The notes under the pieces are model-generated. The model searched no databases. It had not been told where the DNA came from and worked only from the letters and a program-made list of their open reading frames with translations. Position numbers and translations under genes: made by a program. Below are positions 8,558-17,307 of a stretch of DNA of 64,000 nucleotides, one piece after another (positions within the stretch are counted from its first letter, which is position 1; every line of letters starts with the position of its first letter). Source of the DNA: Campylobacteraceae bacterium (GTDB lineage: Bacteria > Campylobacterota > Campylobacteria > Campylobacterales > Sulfurovaceae); assembly GCA_027081405.1 (NCBI GenBank), contig JALWKO010000026.1, forward strand, positions 100 to 64,099, given 5' to 3'.

Positions 8558-8886
8558 TTTGAATGAGGAGCGAGGCGTTGGGCGTTAGGAGTGAGGAGTG
8601 AAGGGGCGCCGCGTGGCGGCGCGGTTTGAATGAGAAATGAGAAATGAGTATAGAAATGAGAAATTTTGAGGTGTTGCTGCGCAACGCTTTTGATGACGGA
8701 TTTTGGATTTTGGATGCTGAATTTCGGTGCGTTGCGTTGCAACGCGTATTGTTGGAGCGGGAATAAATTCCCGCACGGCAGAGCTAAAGCCCTACATCCA
8801 ATATACCAATAATGTCGCCGAAGGCGACACCTCTTACGACTATCGACTATCGACTAGTGACTAATGCCGTCGCCGAAGGCGACACC
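8558..8886 (+). repeat. mosaic repeat element, full copy (heptamer arrays plus fixed hairpins)
   Basis: Modules in order: GAATGAG/GAGTGAG/AAATGAG arrays, ggcgccgcgtggcggcgc, gttgctgcgcaacgc, TTGGATT array, gcgttgcgttgcaacgc, gcgggaataaattcccgc, GTCGCCGAAGGCGAC (8814 and 8869), CGACTAT array. Confidence 0.9.
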
Positions 8887-8888
8887 AT

Positions 8889-9338
8889 TCAATTTCCGGA
8901 AAGGGCATCCAGGGGGCTTTTGTCGTAGTGGCGGGCAGGGTTGGACTTTGAACGGGGGGCTTTGCGCAGGGTCCCTTTCCGACGGGCCTCTTCGATTTTC
9001 TTTTGGGCCAGGCGGTAGTTGGCACAGCCGGTGGGATCGCCATAGCTACAGGCTTTGCGCCAATAGCGCATCGCCTTGGTGTAGTCTTGCCGCACGCCCC
9101 CTTCGGCGTCGGCGTAGATGAATGCCGCGCCGTTGCAGGCGGAGGCTTTGCCCAGAGAGCAGGCCCGCTCCAGATATTTGATCGCGGTGTAGCCGTCGAT
9201 CCGGACCCCGTCTCCGGTGATGTAGTGCACTCCCAGGCTTTCGCACGCCGCCGCATCTCCCGCCGCACAGGCGCTTTGATCCGAAGCCGAGAGACTCATC
9301 GCCGCACATGAAAGGAACATCAAAGCAAACCGTTTCAT
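8889..9338 (-). CDS. Sel1-repeat, cysteine-rich secreted protein (Hcp-like)
   Basis: 149 aa with a signal peptide. Repeated C-x-G...A...Y...AC pattern typical of Sel1/Helicobacter cysteine-rich proteins. Confidence 0.8.
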   Translation of the reverse strand: MKRFALMFLSCAAMSLSASDQSACAAGDAAACESLGVHYITGDGVRIDGYTAIKYLERACSLGKASACNGAAFIYADAEGGVRQDYTKAMRYWRKACSYGDPTGCANYRLAQKKIEEARRKGTLRKAPRSKSNPARHYDKSPLDALSGN

Positions 9339-9496
9339 TGTGTCTCCCGTTCAAAAAAACTGAACCAATCTTACCACAATGTTCGTGGATTCCAATCAAT
9401 GGGTGATGTTCCTCCATTTTTGCTCCAACTACCGCAAAAGGTCGTTCTCCTTGTGCTATACTTGAATTTCCAGACCCATCACAAAAGGAGAGAGAA

Positions 9497-10492
9497 ATGA
9501 AAAAAATCCTGCTCGCACTTGGGCTCGGCGCGGCGCTGAGCGTTTCGGCAGTGGCCGCGGAGTATGTCCTTAAGTTCAGCCATGTTGTCAGCCCCAACAC
9601 CCCCAAAGGGAAGGCGGCCGACTTTTTCGCCAAGCGCCTCGAAGAGCTCAGCCACGGTCGGATTGACGTACAGGTCTACCCCAACAGCCAGCTCTACAAG
9701 GACAGTGCGGTCCTCAAGGCGCTGAAACTCAATTCGGTCCAGATGGCCTGCCCCTCTTTCTCCAAGTTCGGCAAGATCGTTCCCCAGTTGGCCCTTTTCG
9801 ACCTCCCGTTCCTCTTCCGTGACCTGGATCATCTCCACCACGTCCAGGACAGCGAAGTGGGACAAAAACTCAAAGACATGGTCACCGCCAAAGGGTACGT
9901 GGCGCTCGATTTCTGGGACAACGCCTTCAAGCAGGTCACCAACTCCAAGCGGCCTTTGATCCATCCGAGCGATTTCAAGGGGCTGAAATTCCGGATCATG
10001 AGTTCCAAGGTCCTCGAAGCCCAGTTCAAGGCGGTCGGAGCGATCCCCCAAGTGATGCCCTTCTCTGAAGTCTATTCGGCCCTCCAGCAGGGGGTCATCG
10101 ACGGAGAGGAGAACACCAACTCCAACATCTACACCAAGAAATTCTACGAAGTGCAGAAATACATGACCGTCAGCAACCACGGCTATCTGGGGTATCTGGT
10201 GGTCATGAGCAAGAAATTCTGGGATTCGCTCCCGGACGATCTCAAAGCGGCGGTGAAACAGGCGATGAAAGAGGCCACCGCCAAAGAGCGGCAGTGGGCG
10301 ATCGAGCTGGATAAAAGCCAGTTCGCCAAGATCGAAGAGTACGCCAAAAAGACCGGAAAACTCCAGATCACCCGGCTGACCCCCGAGCAGGTAGCCGAGT
10401 GGCGCAAGGCGATGGAAGTGATCTACCCCGAGTTCTACGATCCCAAACTCATCGGCAAAGATCTCATCGAAGCGGCGATGAAGACCAAGTAA
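9497..10492 (+). CDS. dctP: TRAP C4-dicarboxylate-type substrate-binding protein
   Basis: 331 aa with a signal peptide. DctP-family N-terminus FSHVVSPNTPKG. SD aaggagag. Confidence 0.93.
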   Translation: MKKILLALGLGAALSVSAVAAEYVLKFSHVVSPNTPKGKAADFFAKRLEELSHGRIDVQVYPNSQLYKDSAVLKALKLNSVQMACPSFSKFGKIVPQLALFDLPFLFRDLDHLHHVQDSEVGQKLKDMVTAKGYVALDFWDNAFKQVTNSKRPLIHPSDFKGLKFRIMSSKVLEAQFKAVGAIPQVMPFSEVYSALQQGVIDGEENTNSNIYTKKFYEVQKYMTVSNHGYLGYLVVMSKKFWDSLPDDLKAAVKQAMKEATAKERQWAIELDKSQFAKIEEYAKKTGKLQITRLTPEQVAEWRKAMEVIYPEFYDPKLIGKDLIEAAMKTK

Positions 10493-10517
10493 TCTTTCGC
10501 GCTTTGGGCGCGAAAGA
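10493..10517 (+). terminator. perfect 10 bp hairpin tctttcgcgc-tttgg-gcgcgaaaga after dctP
   Basis: Begins directly after the stop codon. Likely an intra-operon attenuator or mRNA-stabilising hairpin. Confidence 0.55.
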
Positions 10518-10520
10518 TCG

Positions 10521-10589
10521 TTTACGTGTTAAGTGGCACGTGTCAAGAAGGCCTTTTTACTTAGTACATAACACGTAACACTTAGCACG
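10521..10589. repeat. imperfect long inverted repeat of ACGTGTT/TAACACG-type heptamers
   Basis: Left arm acgtgttaagtggcacgtgtcaag pairs with the reverse complement of the right arm at about 18 of 24 positions. Confidence 0.7.
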
Positions 10590-10603
10590 CAAGAAGGGGA
10601 GCG

Positions 10604-11209
10604 ATGGGGGTTGTCATCAAAACGTTCTTTCGCTGGCTCGGTCGGCTGATCGGCTGGATCAACCAAAGCATCGCCGCGATCGGGATCGCCGGCGGGGTGG
10701 CGCTGGCCTTCGTCAACGTGGTGGGGCGCTACGTCTTTCACGCTTCGTTTACCTGGGCCGGTGAGCTGACGGTCTATCTCTTTCTCTGGAGCGCCTTTTT
10801 CGGAGCGGCGTACTGCTTTCGGGAGGATGCCCATATCGCCGTGACGGTGCTGCTGGATCGTCTCCCCCCCAAGGGGGCCAAAGCGCTGATGCTCCTGGGG
10901 CATGCGATCACTTTCGTCTTTTTGGTCGCGGTGAGCTGGTACGGCTATCAATATCTGCTGCTGGAGATCGATCTGGACGAGCGCTCCATCGATCTGGACA
11001 TCCCCATGTGGATCCCCTATTCGGTGATCCCTCTGGCCTTCGCCTCGGCAGCCTACCGGGTGGCGGAGAAATTCGTCGAGATCCTCCGTACCCCGGCCGA
11101 TGCGGTGGTGCGGCGTAGCGAAGCGGAGATGATCCTGGCCGAGATGGAGGAGACAGCTCCCGAGGAGTTTATCAAGCGGGCAGAGCGCAAGACAGGAGGG
11201 ATGCTATGA
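10604..11209 (+). CDS. dctQ: TRAP transporter small permease
   Basis: 201 aa with 4 TM helices. Lies between dctP and dctM. Confidence 0.85.
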   Translation: MGVVIKTFFRWLGRLIGWINQSIAAIGIAGGVALAFVNVVGRYVFHASFTWAGELTVYLFLWSAFFGAAYCFREDAHIAVTVLLDRLPPKGAKALMLLGHAITFVFLVAVSWYGYQYLLLEIDLDERSIDLDIPMWIPYSVIPLAFASAAYRVAEKFVEILRTPADAVVRRSEAEMILAEMEETAPEEFIKRAERKTGGML

Positions 11210-12489
11210 GCGTGGCGATCCTTTTCGGGCTCTTTTTTCTCCTGCTGCTCATCGGCGTCCCCATCGCCGTGGCCCTGGGGGCTTCAACCTTTTTCACCCT
11301 CGTGACCTTCACCTCCGTTTCGCCGGTGGAGGTCTCCTCGATGCTCTTTGAGAAGGTTACCGGCTATTCGCTGATGGCGATTCCGATGTTCATCCTCGCC
11401 GGCAGCCTCCTCTCCAAAGGTTCCAGTGCTCAGCGGATTATCGAATTCGCCAAGGCGATGGTGGGGCATCTCCCCGGCGGTCTACCGATGGCGGCGATTT
11501 TCGCCAGCATCATCTTCGCCGCCGTGAGCGGCAGCTCTCCCGCGACAGTGGTGGCGATCGGCTCGATCATGTTCGCCGCGATCGAAAAGGCGGGCTATCC
11601 CAAGCGCTACGCCATTGGGACGGTGGCTACGGCGGGGAGTCTGGGGATTTTGATTCCTCCTTCGATCGTGATGATCGTCTACGGAGTGACCGCCGAGGTG
11701 AGCATCGGCAAGCTTTTCATCGCCGGGATCGTCCCGGGGATCATGATCGGAGCTATGATGATGGCGGTCACCTATATTGGGGCCCGGCGTCTGGGGTTCA
11801 AACGGAGCGAACCCCAGTCCTGGGGAGTGCGGTTGAGAAAAATGCGCGAAGCGACCTGGGCGCTGATGACCATCGTCATCGTCATCGGAGGGATCTACGG
11901 CGGGATCTTCACCCCCACCGAAGCGGCGGCGGTTTCGGCGGTTTGGGCCTTTTTCGTGAGTATGTTCATCTATCGGGACATCCGGTGGAAAGAACTCCCC
12001 CGGGTCTTCCTCGACGCGGCCAAAACCTCGGCGATGATCATGTTCATCATCGCCAACGCGATGCTGTTCGCCCATTTCCTGACGCTCGAAAACGTCCCGA
12101 GGATGATCACCGAGTGGCTGGTGGGGCTCCATGTGGGGCCGATGTTGTTCCTTTTGTTCGTCAACATCCTTCTCTTTTTCGCCGGCGATTTCATGGAACC
12201 CAGCGCGATCATCATGATCATGGTGCCGCTCCTGCTGCCGGTAGCCAAAGCGCTGGGGATCGATCCGGTCCATTTCGGTATCGTGGTGACGATCAACATG
12301 GAGCTGGGGATGATCACGCCCCCCATCGGACTCAATCTTTTCGTCACCAGCGGGATCACCGGAGTGAGCCTGAAGGACGTGATCGTCTACGCTCTTCCGT
12401 GGAGCCTGACGATTCTGCTGGGCCTGCTGCTGGTGACTTATATCCCTCAGATCGCTTTGTGGCTGCCGAGTATGATGTACGGGTACTGA
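11206..12489 (+). CDS. dctM: TRAP transporter large permease
   Basis: 427 aa polytopic membrane protein. ATGA overlap with dctQ. Confidence 0.93.
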   Translation: MSVAILFGLFFLLLLIGVPIAVALGASTFFTLVTFTSVSPVEVSSMLFEKVTGYSLMAIPMFILAGSLLSKGSSAQRIIEFAKAMVGHLPGGLPMAAIFASIIFAAVSGSSPATVVAIGSIMFAAIEKAGYPKRYAIGTVATAGSLGILIPPSIVMIVYGVTAEVSIGKLFIAGIVPGIMIGAMMMAVTYIGARRLGFKRSEPQSWGVRLRKMREATWALMTIVIVIGGIYGGIFTPTEAAAVSAVWAFFVSMFIYRDIRWKELPRVFLDAAKTSAMIMFIIANAMLFAHFLTLENVPRMITEWLVGLHVGPMLFLLFVNILLFFAGDFMEPSAIIMIMVPLLLPVAKALGIDPVHFGIVVTINMELGMITPPIGLNLFVTSGITGVSLKDVIVYALPWSLTILLGLLLVTYIPQIALWLPSMMYGY

Positions 12490-12493
12490 CGGG

Positions 12494-13003
12494 GTGGACG
12501 AGCGGAATTTCGAACGGGCCATCGTCGCGGTGTCGCTGCTGATCGTGGGGATCGGCATTTTCCGGGCGTTGCATCATGCTTCGGATCGGAAACATCCCTC
12601 GGCACCTCCTGCCGAAGAGCGAAACGTCTCGGTGGCATTTGTGCATCCTTCCGGGATCCGCCCCGACTCCCCCGAAGGGATCTACCGCTACGTAGTGGAC
12701 GTGATCGAGCACGGTTCGGCCCGCTTCCATTTCCCGGGTGGGACGATGGAAGGGGGATACCTCCCCCCCGCCGAGGCCCGCAAGGTGGCCTGCTACGTGC
12801 TGCAGCTCGGGGGACACCGCTGCCCCGTGCCGCCGTCGCCGGATGCGCAAATGTACTACACCGGCGCCTGTGCCGGATGCCACGGCAGCGATGGCAAGGG
12901 GCTCGGCGGCCGCTATCCCGACCTGACCCGTCCCCGGTTGCTGGGGATCGAGGAGGCGCTGCGGAAGCGCTCACTTTCCAGCGGTGGAAACGGGACGCAG
13001 TAG
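12494..13003 (+). CDS. membrane-anchored monoheme c-type cytochrome
   Basis: 169 aa. GTG start 5 nt after dctM, an N-terminal TM helix and a CAGCH motif. Confidence 0.6.
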   Translation: MDERNFERAIVAVSLLIVGIGIFRALHHASDRKHPSAPPAEERNVSVAFVHPSGIRPDSPEGIYRYVVDVIEHGSARFHFPGGTMEGGYLPPAEARKVACYVLQLGGHRCPVPPSPDAQMYYTGACAGCHGSDGKGLGGRYPDLTRPRLLGIEEALRKRSLSSGGNGTQ

Positions 13004-14431
13004 ATACGAAGGGCCCATATTGACGCTGTGGTAGACCGTCACGCCGTATTTGCGGACGTAGTATCGCAGCAGGAGCCGCTGCAGTGCGGGTTCGACGGAG
13101 GGGATGAACCAGCCGTCGTTGCTGATGGCGACGATCCGTTCGGGTCGGTCGGCATAGAGCCGTTCGCTGGTCGCTTCGTAGCATACCGCCGAACGCCAGC
13201 GTCTGCCTCCGATGGTGAAATCGGTCGGTCGGGACGCGGGGACGTAATCGGGCGCTCCGTCGAAAAAGATCCGGTTGATCCATTTCCCGGCCCAGCGGGG
13301 GAGGGGGTTGGTCTCCCCGAAGGGGACGAGGACGATTTTGTCGGCGACGGTGGCGTTCCCGTCATGGAAAAACCAGGCGGAGTTGCGGTTGACGCCCTTT
13401 TTCGTATCGTAATAGAGCGCCCCCAGGACGATATCGATCCGGTGGGAGCGCCGTTTGATCGCATCCAGAAGGGCGGGGTGGCGATTGAGGAAGAGGGGGA
13501 GGACCGATTCGGGGAGGATCACCAGCGAGGCGTTGCGCTCGATCGCCCGGTCGATCGCACCGAGGACCCCGTCGATCTGTCCGTTGAGGTTCGCGGGATC
13601 CCATTTGGCTTCGACCGGGACGCGGGTCGAGACCAGCTCCACCGCTCCGGTGGGATCGGCAGGGAGTGCCTCCACTTTCTGCGGGTGCCAGGTTGCGGCG
13701 AAAAGGAGCAGGACCAACACCCCTTCCCCCAGCCGATGCCGTGGGGCACGGCGATGGAGGATCATATCGCCCAACAGAAACGAAGCGCCCAGGAAAAGGG
13801 CGAAGCGGAGCTTGTCCACCCCGAAGGGGGTATGCACGAGGATCAGTTCGGGTTTGAACCAGTCGAAGCCGAAAGGGTGGACGTAGCTCATACCCAAAAG
13901 CGCCAGCGCTTTTGGGTATGAGCTACTAATGAGCAGTGAGCAGTGAGCAGTAAGCAGTTTCGGTATGCGTTGCTTTGCAACGCTCCTGTTCAAAGGGATA
14001 ATGTCGCGGACTCTCCCCAATGACCAATGACCAATGACCAATGACTTTTCTCTTGTGACTTGCAACCTGCGACCGAACCGTAGGCACCGACCGCCCAATC
14101 GTTCGGCGAGCCAGGCGAAGAGCCAGAAATAGATGCCGTAGACCAGCGCCACGGCGAGGACGACGAGGGGGATGACCCAGGGGTGGCCGTAGTGCAGGAA
14201 GCTCATCGCGATCCACCAGAACCAGAGCCCCCCGATCCCCAGTCCGAATCCGAACCACACCCTCCGGTCGCAGTGCGGCAGAAGGGCGAATACGGCGACG
14301 GCGGCGAGCGTTTCGAGAATCGGCAGAGGATGTCTCCACCACGCAAGATAGACGAAGAGCGAAGCGGCCAGAGCCAGAAGCCAGCCCGCTGTTATCCTCC
14401 CGGTGCTAAAATAGTGCGAAATTTTTCCCAT
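12971..14431 (-). CDS. lnt: apolipoprotein N-acyltransferase carrying an in-frame repeat insertion
   Basis: Nitrilase-type triad context (ILPESV, KIVLVPFGE, AVCYEAT) and an N-terminal TM domain. Start taken at MGKISHYF (ATG at 14431, SD ggag). The longer track ORF to 14740 overlaps yajC. Confidence 0.85.
   Translation of the reverse strand: MGKISHYFSTGRITAGWLLALAASLFVYLAWWRHPLPILETLAAVAVFALLPHCDRRVWFGFGLGIGGLWFWWIAMSFLHYGHPWVIPLVVLAVALVYGIYFWLFAWLAERLGGRCLRFGRRLQVTREKSLVIGHWSLGRVRDIIPLNRSVAKQRIPKLLTAHCSLLISSSYPKALALLGMSYVHPFGFDWFKPELILVHTPFGVDKLRFALFLGASFLLGDMILHRRAPRHRLGEGVLVLLLFAATWHPQKVEALPADPTGAVELVSTRVPVEAKWDPANLNGQIDGVLGAIDRAIERNASLVILPESVLPLFLNRHPALLDAIKRRSHRIDIVLGALYYDTKKGVNRNSAWFFHDGNATVADKIVLVPFGETNPLPRWAGKWINRIFFDGAPDYVPASRPTDFTIGGRRWRSAVCYEATSERLYADRPERIVAISNDGWFIPSVEPALQRLLLRYYVRKYGVTVYHSVNMGPSYLLRPVSTAGK
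13902..14095 (+). repeat. truncated mosaic repeat copy located inside the lnt coding sequence
   Basis: GCAGTGA array, gcgttgctttgcaacgc hairpin, four CCAATGA units and a gtgacttgcaacctgcgac tail. Borders are approximate. Confidence 0.8.
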
Positions 14432-14446
14432 CGTAAAGGATTCTCC

Positions 14447-14716
14447 ATGGCTCAAGGGGCATTGGCACAGTTTCTGCCGATCATTCTGCTTTTCGTGATT
14501 TTCTACTTTCTCATCATCCGGCCGCAGCAAAAACAGCAAAAGGCCCATCGTGAGATGATCGCGTCGCTCAAAAAAGGGGACCGGGTGGTTACCGCCGGGG
14601 GACTGATCGCCGAAGTGGTCAAGCCCGAGGAGGATTTTATCAAAATCAAACTCTCCGAAAATGTGATCGTCCGCATCGTCCCCACGTCGATCACCCGCAA
14701 ACTCAACGAAGCCTGA
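14447..14716 (+). CDS. yajC: preprotein translocase subunit YajC
   Basis: 89 aa with one TM helix and the motif [10 protein letters not shown]...GDRVVTAGG. Upstream of secD. Confidence 0.9.
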   Translation: MAQGALAQFLPIILLFVIFYFLIIRPQQKQQKAHREMIASLKKGDRVVTAGGLIAEVVKPEEDFIKIKLSENVIVRIVPTSITRKLNEA

Positions 14717-14726
14717 GGAAACGGCC

Positions 14727-16295
14727 ATGCGTAGGCTCAACTATCGGGTCGTGATCTTCCTCTTCGCGGCGATTTTCAGCATCGTCTTTTCGATCCCCTC
14801 CCTGACGCAGAGCGAGCACGGCAAAAAGATCACCCTCGGGCTCGACCTGCAGGGGGGTCTGCACATGCTCCTGGGGGTCAAGACCGACGAAGCGATCAAA
14901 TCCCGGCTCAAGTCGATCGCGGGGAGCGTCAAATACATCCTCGACGACAACGACATCGTCATCGACGAGCTAGAGGTAAAAGGGGACGCGGTCCGGTTCA
15001 AGGCACTCGACGAGGACGACATCCCCAAGGTCTCCGAGCTGCTCCAGAAGGAGCTGACGGGGGTGGAGATCACCCACGACAAAGGGGATTTCACGATCCG
15101 GCTCACCCCCAAAGAGATCGCGCGGACCAAAAAGCAGGCGATCGATCAGGCGGTCGATACGATCCGCAACCGTCTGGATCAGTTCGGTCTGGCCGAACCC
15201 ACCGTCGCCAAACAGGGGCAGGACAAAATCCTGGTGGAGGTCCCCGGGGTCAAAACCCCCGCCGACGAACAGCGGATCCGCAAACTCATCGCCCGGGCGG
15301 CCCACTTGCAGCTGATGGCGGTGGACGAGGACCGGGTGGCCCGGGTCTATAGCATGAGCCCCGCCGAGGCACGGAAATACGGGGACGTGATCCTCCCCGA
15401 CGTGAAAAATCCCAAAAAGAAATACCTCCTCAAAGCGATCCCGATCCTGGACGGATCGATGCTCACCGACGCCAAGGTGGGCTTTGATCGGAACAACCAG
15501 CCGGTGATCAATTTCAAACTCAACGGCGAGGGGGCCCGGATTTTCGGAGACTTCTCCGGCAAGAATGTGGGCAAACGGATGGCGATCGTCCTCGACAACA
15601 AGGTCTACTCCGCTCCGGTGATCCGGGAACGGATCGGCGGAGGCTCCGGGCAAATCTCGGGGAATTTCACCCTCAACGAAGCCAACGACATCGCCATCGC
15701 CCTGCGATCCGGGGCGCTGTTGGCCCCGGTTTTCGTGATGGAGAAACGCTCGGTAGGGCCCAGCCTTGGGGCCGACAGCATCCGGCAGAGCACCATCGCG
15801 CTGATCCTGGGCTTCGTCATGGTCGTTCTCTTTATGATCCTCTATTACGGACTGGCCGGGGTGATCGCCGACGTGGCCCTGGTGGTGAACCTCTTTTTGA
15901 TCCTGGCGGTGATGGCGCTGTTTGGGGCGACGCTGACCCTGCCGGGAATGGCGGGGATCGTCCTGACAGTGGGGATGGCGGTGGACGCCAACGTCATCAT
16001 CAACGAGCGGATCCGGGAGTTGCTCCGTGAGGGGGTCTCGGTCCCCAAAGCGATCGAAGAGGGGTACGCCAATGCCTTCACGGCGATCTGGGACGCCAAC
16101 ATCACGACCCTGATTTCGGCGGTGGTCCTCTACGCCTACGGCACCGGCCCCATCAAAGGATTCGCGTTGACGATGAGCATCGGGATCCTGGCGTCGATGC
16201 TGACGGCGATTCTGGGTACCCACGGGATCTATCAGGCCCTGCTGGACAAGATCCGGCGGGAGAGACTCAACCTCTGGTTCGGGATCAAGGGATAG
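14727..16295 (+). CDS. secD: protein translocase subunit SecD
   Basis: 522 aa with a large periplasmic domain and a C-terminal 6-TM bundle. Gene order is yajC-secD-secF. Confidence 0.95.
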   Translation: MRRLNYRVVIFLFAAIFSIVFSIPSLTQSEHGKKITLGLDLQGGLHMLLGVKTDEAIKSRLKSIAGSVKYILDDNDIVIDELEVKGDAVRFKALDEDDIPKVSELLQKELTGVEITHDKGDFTIRLTPKEIARTKKQAIDQAVDTIRNRLDQFGLAEPTVAKQGQDKILVEVPGVKTPADEQRIRKLIARAAHLQLMAVDEDRVARVYSMSPAEARKYGDVILPDVKNPKKKYLLKAIPILDGSMLTDAKVGFDRNNQPVINFKLNGEGARIFGDFSGKNVGKRMAIVLDNKVYSAPVIRERIGGGSGQISGNFTLNEANDIAIALRSGALLAPVFVMEKRSVGPSLGADSIRQSTIALILGFVMVVLFMILYYGLAGVIADVALVVNLFLILAVMALFGATLTLPGMAGIVLTVGMAVDANVIINERIRELLREGVSVPKAIEEGYANAFTAIWDANITTLISAVVLYAYGTGPIKGFALTMSIGILASMLTAILGTHGIYQALLDKIRRERLNLWFGIKG

Positions 16296-16303
16296 GAGAG
16301 GGC

Positions 16304-17275
16304 ATGGAACTGTTCAGCTACAAAAAACCGATCAACTTCATGGGGGCGAGCCGGAAATTCGGCCTCCTCTCATTGGTTCTGGTGCTCCTCTCCTGGGGGC
16401 TGATCTTCACCAAAGGATTCAACTACGGGATCGATTTCGCCGGCGGGACGCTGATCCAGCTCCGCTACGAGGGGAAAGCTCCACTGCAAAAAATCCGCGA
16501 GGATCTCAAAAAGACCCCCGCGTTCAAGGATGCCACCGTCACCTTCTTCGGGAGCGAAAACGAAGTGGTGATCCGGACCAAAAGCAGCTCCAAGACGGTG
16601 GGGAAGGACATGGGGGACCGGGTCCGTACTCTCCTGGCTGATACGGGGAAATTCGAGGTGCGACGGGTCGACATGGTGGGCCCCAAGATCGGAAACGAGC
16701 TCAAGGAAAAGGGGCTTACGGCGATGGTGCTGGCGATCCTGGGGATCCTGATCTACGTTTCGGTCCGGTTCGAGTGGCGCTTCGCCCTGGCCTCGGTCCT
16801 GGCGCTGGTGCACGACGTGAGCATCGCCATGGGGGCGATCGTTTTGGCCGGCGTGGAGGTCAACCTCGACATCCTGGCGGCACTGCTGACCCTACTGGGA
16901 TACTCCCTCAACGACACCATCATCGTCTTCGACAGGATCCGGGAAGGCTTGCAGAAGATCAAGAACCCCGATCTGCCCGAGATCATCAACGAGTCGATCA
17001 CCCGGACTCTCTCCCGGACGGTGCTGACCTCGCTGACCACTTTCTTCGTGGTCCTTTCGCTCTTCCTCTTCGGCGGGGAGATCATCTACGGCTTCAGCTT
17101 CACCATGCTGGTGGGGATCATCGTGGGGACCTACTCCTCGATCTTCATCGCTTCGCCGTTGCTGATGTGGCTGGGCTTCGACGTCAAAGCCTGGCGGGCC
17201 AAAGAGGCCGAGAAGCGGAAGCGGGAGAAAGAAAAAGAGAAAATGCGGGCCATGTACGAGCAGGGAACGCTCTAA
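16304..17275 (+). CDS. secF: protein translocase subunit SecF
   Basis: 323 aa with the SecF motif GIDFAGGT and 6 TM helices. Confidence 0.95.
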   Translation: MELFSYKKPINFMGASRKFGLLSLVLVLLSWGLIFTKGFNYGIDFAGGTLIQLRYEGKAPLQKIREDLKKTPAFKDATVTFFGSENEVVIRTKSSSKTVGKDMGDRVRTLLADTGKFEVRRVDMVGPKIGNELKEKGLTAMVLAILGILIYVSVRFEWRFALASVLALVHDVSIAMGAIVLAGVEVNLDILAALLTLLGYSLNDTIIVFDRIREGLQKIKNPDLPEIINESITRTLSRTVLTSLTTFFVVLSLFLFGGEIIYGFSFTMLVGIIVGTYSSIFIASPLLMWLGFDVKAWRAKEAEKRKREKEKEKMRAMYEQGTL

Positions 17276-17276
17276 T

Positions 17277-17307
17277 GGGTGAGGAGTGAGGAGTGAGGAG
17301 TGCGGAG
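17277..17307 (+). repeat. GAGTGAG heptamer array
   Basis: gggtgaggagtgaggagtgaggagtgcggag, directly after the secF stop. Confidence 0.85.

Noticed and set aside
8558-8886. The possibility that the repeat-rich spacers are CRISPR arrays.
   Set aside because: The units are 7 nt tandem repeats and short hairpins, with no 25-40 nt repeats alternating with unique spacers. There are no cas genes in the window.
12971-13003. The 33 bp convergent 3' overlap of the cytochrome c gene and lnt, considered as a special feature.
   Set aside because: Short convergent overlaps are common in compact genomes. It may also be removed if the cytochrome ORF is shorter than called. Not informative on its own.
12971-14740. 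The 589 aa version of the lnt ORF, with a 103 aa N-terminal extension.
   Set aside because: The extension is antisense to yajC (14447-14716) and has no Lnt-like sequence. An ATG with an SD at 14431 gives a normal Lnt N-terminus.
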